Under the pieces are notes generated by a model. It was given only the letters and a program-made list of their open reading frames with translations. It did no database searches and had not been told where the DNA came from. Source: an uncultured delta proteobacterium (GTDB lineage: Bacteria > Desulfobacterota > Binatia > UBA9968). Taken from it: a stretch of DNA of 64,000 nucleotides. The position numbers and the translations under genes are program-made. Where the stretch lies: NCBI GenBank assembly GCA_963737905.1, contig CAVTUQ010000007.1, positions 96,001 through 160,000 of the forward strand, read 5' to 3'. This document shows, piece by piece, positions 36,816-47,336 of this stretch (its first letter is position 1; each line of letters opens with the position of its first letter).

Positions 36816-37244
36816 GGGAACAACTCCTTACTTGTCGAATTGAATTGGAGCGCGCCCATGGGCGTATGACCCGGGCGTCGCTTCCGTTTGTGGAGGAGAC
36901 TATGCGCTAACGAGCCACTATGTCAACCCGACGTCGAAGATTGGGTTAGAGTGTTTGAGAGTATTGCGATCGTACGCGGTAGTACGATAGTTCTCTCCTC
37001 ATGCCAAGGATCCGCGCGGGCTGGCTAACATGTGCCATAAAACTCACGACTGCCGATCGTTTGTCTTTGCGGCGGGAGTTTTTTCGTCTCCACCAGGATG
37101 ACCAGCGTCCGACTTCAAACCATCACCCAAACTACGAATAGCTTGACACAACGAGCGGTCATTGACTACGCTCTGTCTTGACTTGGATATTTGCGGACTC
37201 CGCCAGATGAGCGGCGAAGCCGCGGAGAAGGGAGAGAGTGCGAA

Positions 37245-38267
37245 ATGTCACATCTATACGTGGCGACCAACGGGCTCTCGGTGTGGAGCAGCAGGGACCT
37301 GGGCGAGACGCTGTCGCGTATGTCGACCGGCACGGGGATGTACAGCGGCAGCCAGGTCTGGGCTCTGGCGCGCCATCCGTCGCAACCGCACACGCTTCTC
37401 GCCGGCACGAATACCGGGATCTACCGGTTGAACCAAGACGAAAATGACTGGACCCATATGCCGTCGCCGATGGACGATGTGATGCTGGTTACCGCGCTGG
37501 CCTACGCGCCGGACAACCCCAACGTCATCCTGGCCGGGACGCAGCCTGCGGGGCTCTACCGCTCCGAAGACGCGGGCAAGAGCTGGCAAAACCTGGGCGT
37601 GCCGATGAAGCCCTATGCCCTGACCGGTTACTATCTAGGTGACAACCCATTTCCCGAGGGCCACCCAGGCGCTTACGGCCGGAAGCACTGGACAAGGGTG
37701 ACGCAGATCGTGTTTGACCCTGCAGATTCCTCGTTTGTCTGGGCCGGAGTGGAAATCGACGGCGCGTGGCGGAGCATCGACGGCGGCGAACGATGGGAAA
37801 GGAGCGACCAGGGAATGAAGTCGCAGGATATTCACGGCTTTCTCGTGGTGCGCAACGGCAGGCGAGTTCTTTTCGCGACCACGGACGCCGGCCTCCATGT
37901 CAGCCACGACGACGGGGCGAACTGGACGATGCGCTCGATCGATTCGCAGTGGCAATACACCCGCTCCATCGCCGAGCGTCCGGACGCGACCGGCGTCATG
38001 TTCATGACTAACGGCAACGGCCCGCCGGGCACTGCCGGCCGGCTGTTCCGCAGCCACAATTACGGCGTCGACTGGGAGGATGCGGGGTTGCCCGGCGAGG
38101 TCGAAAGCTCGGCGTATTTTCTGGCCGTCAACCCGGCGGACCCGAAGCTCATCTACGCCGCTGCAACGCTCGGCCAGATCTACCGCAGCACGGACGGCGG
38201 CGAGAGTTGGACGGCCTTGAAGCGCCGGCTCGGCGAAATCCGCGCCCTTGCGTGGTTGCCCGACTGA
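37245..38267 (+). CDS. BNR/Asp-box beta-propeller protein
   Basis: Repeated S-x-D-x-G-x-(S/T)-W Asp boxes (SEDAGKSW, SIDGGERW, SHDDGANW, STDGGESW); no signal peptide. Confidence 0.88.
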   Translation: MSHLYVATNGLSVWSSRDLGETLSRMSTGTGMYSGSQVWALARHPSQPHTLLAGTNTGIYRLNQDENDWTHMPSPMDDVMLVTALAYAPDNPNVILAGTQPAGLYRSEDAGKSWQNLGVPMKPYALTGYYLGDNPFPEGHPGAYGRKHWTRVTQIVFDPADSSFVWAGVEIDGAWRSIDGGERWERSDQGMKSQDIHGFLVVRNGRRVLFATTDAGLHVSHDDGANWTMRSIDSQWQYTRSIAERPDATGVMFMTNGNGPPGTAGRLFRSHNYGVDWEDAGLPGEVESSAYFLAVNPADPKLIYAAATLGQIYRSTDGGESWTALKRRLGEIRALAWLPD

Positions 38268-38284
38268 TGGGGCTGAAGCTTGGC

Positions 38285-38480
38285 GGAACAAATCCGAAAT
38301 CCGAGATCGAGATGTTTGGGATTAAAAGATAAATCGGAAAAACCGTGTCTCGCGCAAAGACGCAAAGTACGCCAAGTATTAACAAACCTGCAAAATTCGC
38401 AACTCGAAATCCGAAACGACTTCAAATCGCCAAAAATCAGAAAGCTGCAAACAAGCTCGTTTTGGATTTCGCAATATTTG
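38285..38480. repeat. Composite low-complexity element of 7-bp (AAATCCG-like) and 8-9-bp (CGCAAAG-like) units
   Basis: acAAATCCGAAATCCGagatcg, ctcgCGCAAAGaCGCAAAGtaCGCCAAG, AAATTCGcaactcGAAATCCGAAAc, inverted tttGGATTTCG. Confidence 0.65.
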
Positions 38481-38537
38481 TGGATAGCTTTGACCTTCAA
38501 GATCGTTCTCAAGATTACTTAACGTTATCATAACGCG

Positions 38538-39527
38538 ATGAGTGAGAGATGGCAGGTTAAGAAGGCCGGTCCCAGCCTGGCCATCGAAGAGATGATCGCG
38601 CGCATGCTCGGGCCCGAGTTCGTGATCGAGGAGTTCGCTCCGGGGCAGTCGCTTGCGCAACAGGTGGATAAGGCGCACGTGCTCTTGGTCCGAAGCCTGC
38701 CGGTAACGCGAGAAGTGATCGACGCAGCGCCGCTCCTGCGTTTGATTCAGCGGCCGGGCGTGCATTTAGAGGCGGTCGATATCGGATGTGCTAGCGCGAG
38801 AGGAATTCCCGTGTGCAACGTGCCGGCGGGACTGACCCACGGCGGTGAGGACGTCGCAGAACATGTTATGTTCCTGGCGTTGGCCCTGGCCAAGAGATAT
38901 CGAGAAGCGGTGATCTCGCTCGGCGCACGGCGCATCGGGATACCCAGTACCCAGGTTCTCCGGGGAAAAATCTTTGGCCTGGTCGGGTTCGGGCGAACCG
39001 GAAGCGCCGTGGTTGGAATGGCCCGCGGGTTTGGAATGCGAGTCTGGGCGGTTAAGCGTACCGTGAGCGAGGGGATGCGTCAGGCGATGGGGCTGGAGTG
39101 GTTGAAGACTCACGACCATCTTCCCGAACTGTTACGGGAGAGCGATTTCGTCTCCCTCCATGTGCCGCTTAACAAAGAGACCGAAGGGTTGATCGGGCCG
39201 GCTGAGATCGCTCTGATGAAGCCTGGCGCTTTTCTCATCAACGTTGCGCGCGGCCGCGTCGTAGATCGCGCAGCGCTACTTGCGGCGCTCCGTGAGCAGC
39301 GGCTGGCCGGAGCCGGACTGGACGTCTATTGGAATGAGCCGGTCGATCCGAACGATGCGTTGCTGGCGCTGCCAAACGTGATCGCCACACCCCACGTCGC
39401 TAATATGACCGTGGAAACCATAGAGACGATCGCAAGGGAATCGGCAGACAATATCCGGCGGGTGCAGGCGGGACTGCCCCCGATGCATCAAATTCTGAAC
39501 TCTTCTCACGTTAGCAATTCGTCCTAA
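38538..39527 (+). CDS. D-isomer-specific 2-hydroxyacid dehydrogenase
   Basis: GLVGFGRTG, SDFVSLHVPL, INVARG, GLDV...EP, TPHVA. Confidence 0.95.
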   Translation: MSERWQVKKAGPSLAIEEMIARMLGPEFVIEEFAPGQSLAQQVDKAHVLLVRSLPVTREVIDAAPLLRLIQRPGVHLEAVDIGCASARGIPVCNVPAGLTHGGEDVAEHVMFLALALAKRYREAVISLGARRIGIPSTQVLRGKIFGLVGFGRTGSAVVGMARGFGMRVWAVKRTVSEGMRQAMGLEWLKTHDHLPELLRESDFVSLHVPLNKETEGLIGPAEIALMKPGAFLINVARGRVVDRAALLAALREQRLAGAGLDVYWNEPVDPNDALLALPNVIATPHVANMTVETIETIARESADNIRRVQAGLPPMHQILNSSHVSNSS

Positions 39528-39563
39528 ATCTTTTTGCTCCGACCGTTCCTACAGGGAGGCGTC

Positions 39564-40538
39564 ATGATTCACACGCGCATTTGCGATCTGCTTGGTATCG
39601 TTTATCCGATTGTCTTAGGAGGCATGGGCACCGCCACCACGGCACCGCTGGTCGCGGCCGTATCCAACGCCGGCGGTTTTGGTACCCTTGGCACATCGGC
39701 ATTCAATGCCTCGACGCTGGAGCGCGAGGTCGCTTCGATCCGTGAGCGAACCGAAAAGCCTTTCGGCATCAATCATCTGTTGTTTCAGATCCAGGAGGAT
39801 ATGTTCGCGGTCACCTTGCGCGCTCGGCCGACGGTCGCCGCCTTTGCGTGGGCGCGCAAGGATCAGGATCTGCGCGAATATTTTCAGCGCGCTCATGATG
39901 CCGGCTGCAAAGTCATGTATATGGCCGGCGAAGTTCCTGAGGCTATTCGCGCGGCGGAAGCCGGGGCTGACGTCATCGTGGCGCAAGGCACGGAAGCTGG
40001 AGGCCATGTGGGTTGGATGGCGTCGTTGCCGCTGGTGCCAATGATGGTGAAAGCCGTGTCGCCGCTGCCGGTGCTCTCCGCGGGCGGTATCGCCGATGGC
40101 CGCGGCCTTGCGGCGGCGTTGGCTCTCGGTGCTGAAGGGGTGTTGCTCGGCACCCGTTTCATGGCCACGCCGGAAGCGCCGATTCATCCGAACTTCAAGC
40201 AAGCGATCGTTAAAAGCGACGGTCACGATACGGTGCTGACGGAGATTCCCGATCTCGCCACGCAACGCGTCTGGCCGGGCGCAATGTCGCGGGCGCAGCG
40301 CAATCAATTTATCGAACGCTGGTCGGGGCGCGAATGGGCTTTGCGCCAAAACGCTCGCGAGGTTGGCAAACAGGCTTTGGCGGCCCGTGCCGCCGGCGAT
40401 GTCGACAACGCCTCGCTTTCGTTCGGTCAAGACGCCGGCTTGATCGATTCCATCAAAAGCGTCAGGGAAGTGGTCCAAGACATAGTTAAGGAGACGGAGG
40501 CAATCATCAGAAGTCGCCTGCCGAGTTTTTTGCCGTAA
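39564..40538 (+). CDS. Nitronate monooxygenase / FabK-like flavoprotein
   Basis: PIVLGGM, AAVSNAGG.G, QGTEAGGH, AGGIADGRG, GTRF.AT.E. Confidence 0.93.
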   Translation: MIHTRICDLLGIVYPIVLGGMGTATTAPLVAAVSNAGGFGTLGTSAFNASTLEREVASIRERTEKPFGINHLLFQIQEDMFAVTLRARPTVAAFAWARKDQDLREYFQRAHDAGCKVMYMAGEVPEAIRAAEAGADVIVAQGTEAGGHVGWMASLPLVPMMVKAVSPLPVLSAGGIADGRGLAAALALGAEGVLLGTRFMATPEAPIHPNFKQAIVKSDGHDTVLTEIPDLATQRVWPGAMSRAQRNQFIERWSGREWALRQNAREVGKQALAARAAGDVDNASLSFGQDAGLIDSIKSVREVVQDIVKETEAIIRSRLPSFLP

Positions 40539-40862
40539 AGTCAAAGCAATGTGTGATTGCAAATTGCGCGATCGCAAAAATAACAAAATCGCCGCGACAT
40601 AGCTGCGGCATTGGTTTCGAATTCTGCGGCGCACATGAGGCGAGAGTCCAGCACGTCATTGCCTCTGGGAGCGTATAATTAACCCGCCTCGTAACGAGCG
40701 CAATCTTTCCTTCCAAAAAAAGCGAACTCGGTTTTGATAGCGTCAACCTAACTGCGGGATAGTGGTAGACAGATAGCAATATAAAAGACTATTTGTAAGT
40801 ATTTGGTGGTTTATTGCCTTTTGTTCTCAAAATAGCTAAAGAAGCGCTAGAGAGACGAGGTT

Positions 40863-41765
40863 ATGCCTGAGCGGATGAACACCCGAGAAGTGGCGCGTTA
40901 TTTAGGGATCAACGAAAAGAAAGTTTATTTCCTCGCCAAAACCGGAAAGATTCCCTGCACCAGGGTTACCGGCAAGTGGACTTTCCCAAAGAAATTGATT
41001 GACCAGTGGATTGACGATAGCGCTTCGGGCGTTGTTGAACGCAAAGCAAAAGCCGGAGAGCGGGCCTTCCTGTTGGCGGCGGGGAGCGATGATCCGAGCC
41101 TCGGAATCCTGCACGATCTTTACGAAGCGCAAACCCAACCAGCTTCTTTGTTTATGACGACCGTCGGTAGCAGCGCCGGTCTAGCCGCGATTCGAAGCGG
41201 CGTAGCGGATTTTGCCACCGCACACCTTTTGGAACCGGCGCGGGCCAGCTCCAATGAGAGATCGGCGCGAGAGTTATTACCACCCGGAGCGGTGGTGGTC
41301 GAGCTTTTTTATCGCGAGATGGGGCTCGTCCTGCCGCAAGGCAATCCTAAAGGGATCAAATCGCTCCGTGATCTCGCTCGCCCGAAGCTCCAAATCATCA
41401 ATCGCCAACCCGGCTCGGGAACGCGGATCTATCTGGACCAGGAGCTTTCGCGCGCCCGGTTGAATGCCAAAAAGATCTCTGGTTACGACACCGTAGTTTC
41501 AACGCACGTTGAGGTGGGCCTGAAGGTCCTTCGGGGCGCTGCAGATGTAGGCCCGGCAACGCGGACAACGGCTCGCTTGCTGGGCCTTGAGTTTATTCCT
41601 CTTTGCCGAGAGCGTTTCGACGCTGTGATACCCAGGGAACGTTTCTTGTCGCACGCCATACAAGTCTTACTTGGAACCCTCGGCTCTCGTGAGTTCCGCC
41701 AACAAGTTGAAGCGTTGGGGGGATACGACGCTTCGGAGTCGGGACGCATTATCGCTTCGAACTAA
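40863..41765 (+). CDS. Excisionase-type HTH plus periplasmic-binding-fold regulator (molybdate/tungstate-responsive type)
   Basis: N-terminal T.EVA.YL...IP..RVTGKW.F HTH; GSDD, GS..GL, INRQPGSGTR; heads the tup operon. Confidence 0.88.
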   Translation: MPERMNTREVARYLGINEKKVYFLAKTGKIPCTRVTGKWTFPKKLIDQWIDDSASGVVERKAKAGERAFLLAAGSDDPSLGILHDLYEAQTQPASLFMTTVGSSAGLAAIRSGVADFATAHLLEPARASSNERSARELLPPGAVVVELFYREMGLVLPQGNPKGIKSLRDLARPKLQIINRQPGSGTRIYLDQELSRARLNAKKISGYDTVVSTHVEVGLKVLRGAADVGPATRTTARLLGLEFIPLCRERFDAVIPRERFLSHAIQVLLGTLGSREFRQQVEALGGYDASESGRIIASN

Positions 41766-41787
41766 TTTACCGATAAAGGAGAAAGCT

Positions 41788-42642
41788 ATGCGGCAACAAA
41801 CCAAATTGCTAGTTCTCGCCGTTTTCCTCGGCTTGATGATCGGTCAGAGCGTAGAGGGAGCCGAATCGAAAGATAAGAACGTTATTCTTTCAACGACAAC
41901 GAGCACCCAGGACTCCGGCTTGCTCGACGTTCTGGTCCCGCTGTTTGAAAAGCAAACGGGATACTCCGTCAAAACGGTTTCCGTAGGGACGGGACAGGCG
42001 CTGGCCTTGGCGGCTAAAGGCGATGCCGATGTGGCGCTGGTCCATGCGCCGAGTCTGGAGAAAAAGTACGTCGCGGACGGAAAACTGCTCAACCGGCGCC
42101 TGGTGATGTACAACGATTTCGTGATCATCGGACCGAAGGAGGATCCAGCGAAGATCAAGTCGGCGAAAACGGCGCTTGGGGCGTTAAAGCTGATCGAGCA
42201 GTCCAAATCCCCCTTCGTGTCCCGGGGCGACAATTCGGGCACGCATAATCTCGAGAAGTCGCTTTGGAAACAAGCAGGGATCACGCCCAAGGGCGACTGG
42301 TACATCGAGACCGGCCAGGGAATGGGAGCGACCCTGGGCATCGCCAACGAACGGAACGCCTACACGATCACGGATCGTGGAACTTATCTGGCCTTGCGCG
42401 AGAAGCGGGTGACCTTGCCGATTTTGGTGGAAGGGGACAAGGTGCTTCTGAATATCTATTCGGTGATGGAGGTAAATCCTGCGAATGGCCCGAAAGTCAA
42501 CGCGGGCGGCGGCAAAGCCTTCGCTGACTTCATGGTCGCGCCGCAGACGCAAAACGTAATCAAAAGCTTCGGCGTGGAGAAATTCGGCCAACCGTTGTTT
42601 GTCCCGGTCGCTGGCAAGAAAGAGGAGGAGCTCGGAGCGTAG
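41788..42642 (+). CDS. tupA: Tungstate ABC transporter substrate-binding protein
   Basis: TupA signature TTTS.QDSGLL, GTGQAL, VHAP, SRGDNSGTH, GQGMG. Confidence 0.93.
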   Translation: MRQQTKLLVLAVFLGLMIGQSVEGAESKDKNVILSTTTSTQDSGLLDVLVPLFEKQTGYSVKTVSVGTGQALALAAKGDADVALVHAPSLEKKYVADGKLLNRRLVMYNDFVIIGPKEDPAKIKSAKTALGALKLIEQSKSPFVSRGDNSGTHNLEKSLWKQAGITPKGDWYIETGQGMGATLGIANERNAYTITDRGTYLALREKRVTLPILVEGDKVLLNIYSVMEVNPANGPKVNAGGGKAFADFMVAPQTQNVIKSFGVEKFGQPLFVPVAGKKEEELGA

Positions 42643-42643
42643 C

Positions 42644-43357
42644 GTGGAGCTGATCTGGCAGGGAATCGTCAAGGCGATTGAACTCGTAGTCGGTTTTGAT
42701 GCCGAAGTGTGGGCGATTACCTGGCTCTCGCTCAAGATCTCCGGCATTGCGACGCTAATCTCGCTTTTGGTCGGTGTTCCCTTGGGCATCGCGCTAGCGC
42801 TGATACGATTTCGTGGGCGCAATACGACAGTGGCCCTGATCAATACCGGGATGGGGCTACCGCCGGTGGTGGTGGGACTATTTGTATCGATTTTTCTCTG
42901 GCGGAGCGGGCCGCTAGGTTTTTTGAACTTGATCTATTCGCCGACGGCAATGGTGATCGCCCAGGTAATCATCGCATTTCCTATAGTGGCCGGCTTGACC
43001 ATGGCGAGTTTTCAGGCTCTCGATCCAAAACTCGCGCTACAATTGCTCGGCATCGGCGCGTCGAAACCGCAACTTTTGTGGCTTTTGTGCAAAGAGGCAA
43101 AACTGCCGTTGCTGGCAGCGGTGATGGCCGGCTTTGGTGGCGTTATTTCTGAAGTGGGCGCGTCCATGATGGTGGGCGGCAACATCCGTGGTCAAACCCG
43201 CGTTCTCACCACCGCGACTGTGCTTGAAACCGGCAAGGGGAACTTCGATATCGCCATCGCTTTGGGTCTTATCCTCTTGGCGCTCACTTTCGCGATCAAC
43301 TTTTTTCTCACCCGCATCCAGCAGCGGGAGCAGCTCCGGTGGCCGAAACTCTCCTGA
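42644..43357 (+). CDS. tupB: Tungstate ABC transporter permease
   Basis: GLPPVVVGL, SEVGA.MMVGGNIRGQTRVLTT. Confidence 0.92.
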   Translation: MELIWQGIVKAIELVVGFDAEVWAITWLSLKISGIATLISLLVGVPLGIALALIRFRGRNTTVALINTGMGLPPVVVGLFVSIFLWRSGPLGFLNLIYSPTAMVIAQVIIAFPIVAGLTMASFQALDPKLALQLLGIGASKPQLLWLLCKEAKLPLLAAVMAGFGGVISEVGASMMVGGNIRGQTRVLTTATVLETGKGNFDIAIALGLILLALTFAINFFLTRIQQREQLRWPKLS

Positions 43358-44436
43358 CCTTAGACGACGTTGCTGTCCATCACGGCGAACACGTCGCCCT
43401 GCAAGGTGCTTCCTTAGAAGTTCACACCGGTGACGTCTTGGCATTGATCGGTCCCAACGGAGCCGGCAAGTCGACCTTGCTTCGGGTGATGGGGATGCTC
43501 CAGCGTCCCGACCGCGGGGAGGTTCTATTTCGCGGTCAGAATGCATTCAATGGCAATCCACTCGAGCTCAGACGGCGCATCGCCACCGTGTTTCAGGAGC
43601 CTTTGTTGCTGAACGCAACGGTTTCTCAAAACGCCGCCCTTGGATTGAAACTTCGCGGTCTTGATCAAGTTGAGATTGATCGCCGCCTCGGCCCATGGCT
43701 GGAGCGGCTCGGCATCCCGCATCTGACCGCACGCTCCGCGCGCACGCTCTCGGGCGGCGAGGCGCAGCGTACGAGCTTGGCACGGGCGCTCGTGCTCGAA
43801 CCGGAGCTACTCCTTCTCGACGAACCCTTCTCCGCTCTAGATCCCGCGACTCGCGAGGCTTTGATCCGCGACTTTCAAGGAATTCTCCAAGAAACGGCGA
43901 TAACCGCAGTGTTTGTCACCCACGACCGCCACGAAGCCTTTGCTCTCGCCAATCGCGTCGGTGTGTTGGATCAAGGCTGCCTTCTGCAACTTGGCTTGCG
44001 TGAAAATGTTTTTCTTTCCCCCGAGACGGAATCTGTTGCCGAGATCGTCGGCATTGAAAACCGTCTAGTGGGTATGGTCGAAACTTCTGACGGGGATTAT
44101 GTAACGATCAAGATCAGCGATGGAAGAGTCCACGCCAAGGGACGCTTTAGCGCGGGGACGAGGGTCGTCGCTTGTATTCGCCCGGAAGAGATATCCCTGG
44201 GTCTGAGACACTCTGAAACGAAAGATTCAAACCGACTCACAGGGAAAGTCATCACGGTATCGCCAGGCATGACCCACCACCGGATAAGTCTGGATTGCAG
44301 GGGATTCCGTTTGGTCGCGCTGGTGGACCGCAAAGAATTCTTCGACCTCAATCTTTCTGAGGGTCACGAAGTAACCGCGGTGTTCAACCCCGCCACGGTG
44401 CATGTCATCGGCGATGAAAAAAGATCGATGAGTTAG
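43339..44436 (+). CDS. tupC: Tungstate ABC transporter ATP-binding protein with TOBE domain
   Basis: GPNGAGKST, LSGGE, LLDEPF; operonic with tupAB. Confidence 0.9.
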   Translation: MAETLLTLDDVAVHHGEHVALQGASLEVHTGDVLALIGPNGAGKSTLLRVMGMLQRPDRGEVLFRGQNAFNGNPLELRRRIATVFQEPLLLNATVSQNAALGLKLRGLDQVEIDRRLGPWLERLGIPHLTARSARTLSGGEAQRTSLARALVLEPELLLLDEPFSALDPATREALIRDFQGILQETAITAVFVTHDRHEAFALANRVGVLDQGCLLQLGLRENVFLSPETESVAEIVGIENRLVGMVETSDGDYVTIKISDGRVHAKGRFSAGTRVVACIRPEEISLGLRHSETKDSNRLTGKVITVSPGMTHHRISLDCRGFRLVALVDRKEFFDLNLSEGHEVTAVFNPATVHVIGDEKRSMS

Positions 44437-44461
44437 AAAGTTTGGTTTCTTGCGGGCTGCC

Positions 44462-45454
44462 TTACTGTAGGCCGGCCGCCTTGAGATATTGCAAGTCGAC
44501 GAAGCGCTCCGGCGGTGGCAGGGGCGGTTTCAGTTCGCCCGCTTCAGCCATAAACTGAATGACCTGCCCCAATCCTTTAATGTCCAGCTCGGCCTGCTTG
44601 GGTACGACGCCGCGATCAGGGTCGAAATAGAGCGCAAGAGTTTGGCGGGCAATTTCTTCAGACGAGCCCGTGACTTCGATAGCCATGCGGACGACTTCAT
44701 CGCGGTGGTTTGGGTCGCGCATGAAACGGTATGAAGACGCGAGGCCGCGGACGTAGCGCACCAGAGCATCTTTGTTTTTCTCACCCCAGGATTTCCGCAC
44801 GGCGCTCACCGTAAAGAGAAAATTGGGAACCGCGTCGGTGGAAACACCGAGCCGTTGGTAGCCTTGCTTCATGAGAACAAAGTCTTCAGGTTGGCCGAGC
44901 GGCACAGCATCGCATTCGCCTTTCCTCAAGCAGGCGGCACGCGCCGGTGTGCCGACAAGCTCTTTGACTTTAAAATCCCCCTCTTTGATACCGTTTTTCT
45001 CCATGAGCTTGCGGGTCGAGATCGAGATCGTATCGACGGCCAGAGAGAGACCGATGACTTTCCCTTTCAGATCGGCGAAGGTTTTGATCTCAGGTTTGGC
45101 GATCAAGCTATAGATAGGGGTCAGCGTTTCGCCGGCGATAGCGACGCCGTCGGAGCCCTTGAGCACGTCTTGAATCAAGTAAGGCGTTGCGGTGCGCGTG
45201 ATATCGACGACACCCTTGTTGAGGGCAACGACCATGTTGGCGGCACCCCCTTCGATGGGCATCATTTCCAAGGTAATGCCCTCCTGCGCGAAGAAGCCCT
45301 TGTGCTGGCCTATGAAAAACGAAAGCCCGGATATGCTCTTAATGGTAGATGGAATCTGTCCGTAGCGAAGTGAAACCGTCTGTGCGTCAACACTCCAAAA
45401 AGGTAACAGCAGAAAAAGAGCCCTTGCAAGCGCGGCGAAGGAAAATACTCTCAT
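44462..45454 (-). CDS. NMT1/THI5-SsuA-type solute-binding protein
   Basis: Signal peptide, KGFFAQEGI, DLKGK.IG; CAGGAGG RBS. Confidence 0.9.
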   Translation of the reverse strand: MRVFSFAALARALFLLLPFWSVDAQTVSLRYGQIPSTIKSISGLSFFIGQHKGFFAQEGITLEMMPIEGGAANMVVALNKGVVDITRTATPYLIQDVLKGSDGVAIAGETLTPIYSLIAKPEIKTFADLKGKVIGLSLAVDTISISTRKLMEKNGIKEGDFKVKELVGTPARAACLRKGECDAVPLGQPEDFVLMKQGYQRLGVSTDAVPNFLFTVSAVRKSWGEKNKDALVRYVRGLASSYRFMRDPNHRDEVVRMAIEVTGSSEEIARQTLALYFDPDRGVVPKQAELDIKGLGQVIQFMAEAGELKPPLPPPERFVDLQYLKAAGLQ

Positions 45455-45531
45455 TGGGCCTCCTGTGGGATGCAAGGCTAGATTTGTGACGGCTTATAAC
45501 TCACGGCTTTGCGATTTTCCAGAACAGCTTT

Positions 45532-45567
45532 GGGAGCCTCCTGGATTTGTTCCAGGAGGCTCCCTTT
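45532..45567. terminator. Strong hairpin, probable intrinsic terminator
   Basis: GGGAGCCTCCTGGA-TTTGT-TCCAGGAGGCTCCC 14-bp perfect stem just past the stop of the minus-strand gene at 45579. Confidence 0.7.
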
Positions 45568-45578
45568 ATGGAACAGCG

Positions 45579-46861
45579 TTAGTCGATCGGCAGCCGTAAT
45601 CCTGGAATTATCAGCTCCTGGTCCATGCAGGAAATTTTACCGATGTTCGGGTCCGGCTGGACTGATTTCGCCGGCTGTATTAGGGGAATTGTCTCGCCGG
45701 TTGCCGTCAGATTGGGATGTGCAGAAAAGTTTTCCGGTCAAGAAAGGGGCTCGTTGGGAATTCAAGAATGCGGGTGTTTCCTTCCGCAGTGATCAGCCGA
45801 GTTTCTCAACCCGCTCGCGTTCACCGGGTTACGGAAAACTTCAAAGACTTTTCCATGCCTTGTAACTATTGCCACCGCGTTCCGCTCGTTGGCATCCACC
45901 CAGATATTCCCAAACACATCGAGGGCGATGCCGTCGCCGCCTTCGAGAATCGGATGAGCGACGAAGACATTGCTTAGGCAGAGCGTGTTGGCTGTGAATG
46001 TGGTGTCACACCCGGTCGGACTCTTGAGATTTCCATACAGGTCGAATTCTATTTTCCATAATGCTCCGCGAGCGTATCAATAACAAACATATCTCCATCG
46101 CGATTGAAGGCAAATGCCGTTAGCGACAGGATTCAATGTGCGGTACCAGCGCGGAATGGTTGTCATGGTGCCCGTCCCACGCCGGGCAATGTCCGGCACG
46201 TCACGCCCACGCCACCGACGCGCTGGCGTCAAGATTTACAGTTTGACATCGGCTGTATCCGGAACACCTCTTCGACAGTTAACAGGCGGCGTAGCTGCGC
46301 AGTTGGCTCCGGGGCTAGTGATTTTCCAGACCCGTCCTAGGCCCGTGGTTCCGTCACCTGTCCAGAGGTTGCCGTGTCGGTCAAAAGCAATCCGTTGGTC
46401 CCCGGAACCCCCGTGGCGTAGATCGCGGCATCGGCGGATTCTTGAGCGTTGGGGTTAAAAAAATAAATGGTTCCCGCGTTTCCATCAGCGACATAGAGAT
46501 TGCCTGCTTCATCAAATGCAATGCCGCTGAAGCCGCAGTTTGCGGCGGCAGGCGGTGATGTAGGACCACGAATCCAACCGGAGTCAGGATGGGGTTCGTG
46601 GATGTTGATTCGCCAAACCGGGCAGGGAGGCGCGCCCGAACCACCGGTATACAGATTACGGTGATTGTCTCCGGTTAATCCCTCGATGGCGCGCGGTGTT
46701 GTGGTCAGGGTTGTAAAGGTAGCGTCTTTCGGGAACGGTAGTTTATCCTCGTCTCCCCAGGCTGACGCTCCGCCTAAATCTGGGACAGATTTCGGTGCCA
46801 GTAAAGAGAAGGTAGCGGTGACTGACAGGAAGACTACTAGACTAATCCATCGTGACTTCAT
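45579..46861 (-). CDS. Secreted SMP-30/gluconolactonase/NHL beta-propeller protein, multiply frameshifted
   Basis: Signal peptide; repeats GIAFDEAGNLYVAD, IAFDRHGNLW, DGIALDVFGNIWVDANERN across several frames, ending GLRLPID* at 45579. Confidence 0.7.
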
Positions 46862-47336
46862 GTTTTTATCCTCCGTGTTAGTGTGACGTTTCAGATGAAT
46901 CAGTTGGGTTGGTTCATTTCTACGTCCTGATGAGTTACGTCATGGCTTTCCTCCTTTCCGAACTATCAGAGTGGACTACGGTATTAGAGGGGCTAATGGA
47001 GGTTTGATGAAGATACCCCGACAGTCCTTTTGCCGAAGCAGCCTGGCTTTATCAGAGTGGCGGCGGGAAGGCAATGGTTTTTTTCAAGCCTTGAGATTGG
47101 CGGCGGCCGGTGGAAGGTCGAAGTAACTTTGCTTGACCTCAGCCGGTTCTTATGGTGTCTTGTTGGGAACCGGTTGTGGAAAAGGCCCATCTTTTCATGG
47201 CGTTTAACTGCTTCACTCCAATGTACTAAAGGAGTAAGTCTCCGCTCGTCGATTCGTCTGCGCCCGGAGCCAGGACTTTCTGAATAGCTGGACGTGTTAG
47301 CTTTTCAAAATCTTTAAGAAATACTGCAGGTATAGA

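Noticed and set aside
37195-37230. Hammerhead-like CAGATGAG plus GCGGC-GAA-GCCGC hairpin upstream of the BNR gene
   Set aside because: Core CUGAUGA and GAAA are not intact; no riboswitch consensus recognised.
39615-40634. 339-aa minus-strand ORF, and similar long antisense ORFs at 13569, 19141, 56621, 60982 and 62253
   Set aside because: Overlap well-supported genes on the opposite strand, as expected in GC-rich DNA.
40685-40725. LEGKIALVT SDR-like fragment on the minus strand
   Set aside because: Too short to distinguish from chance.
46920-46960. CTGATGAG motif suggesting a hammerhead ribozyme
   Set aside because: No stem II followed by GAAA could be built.
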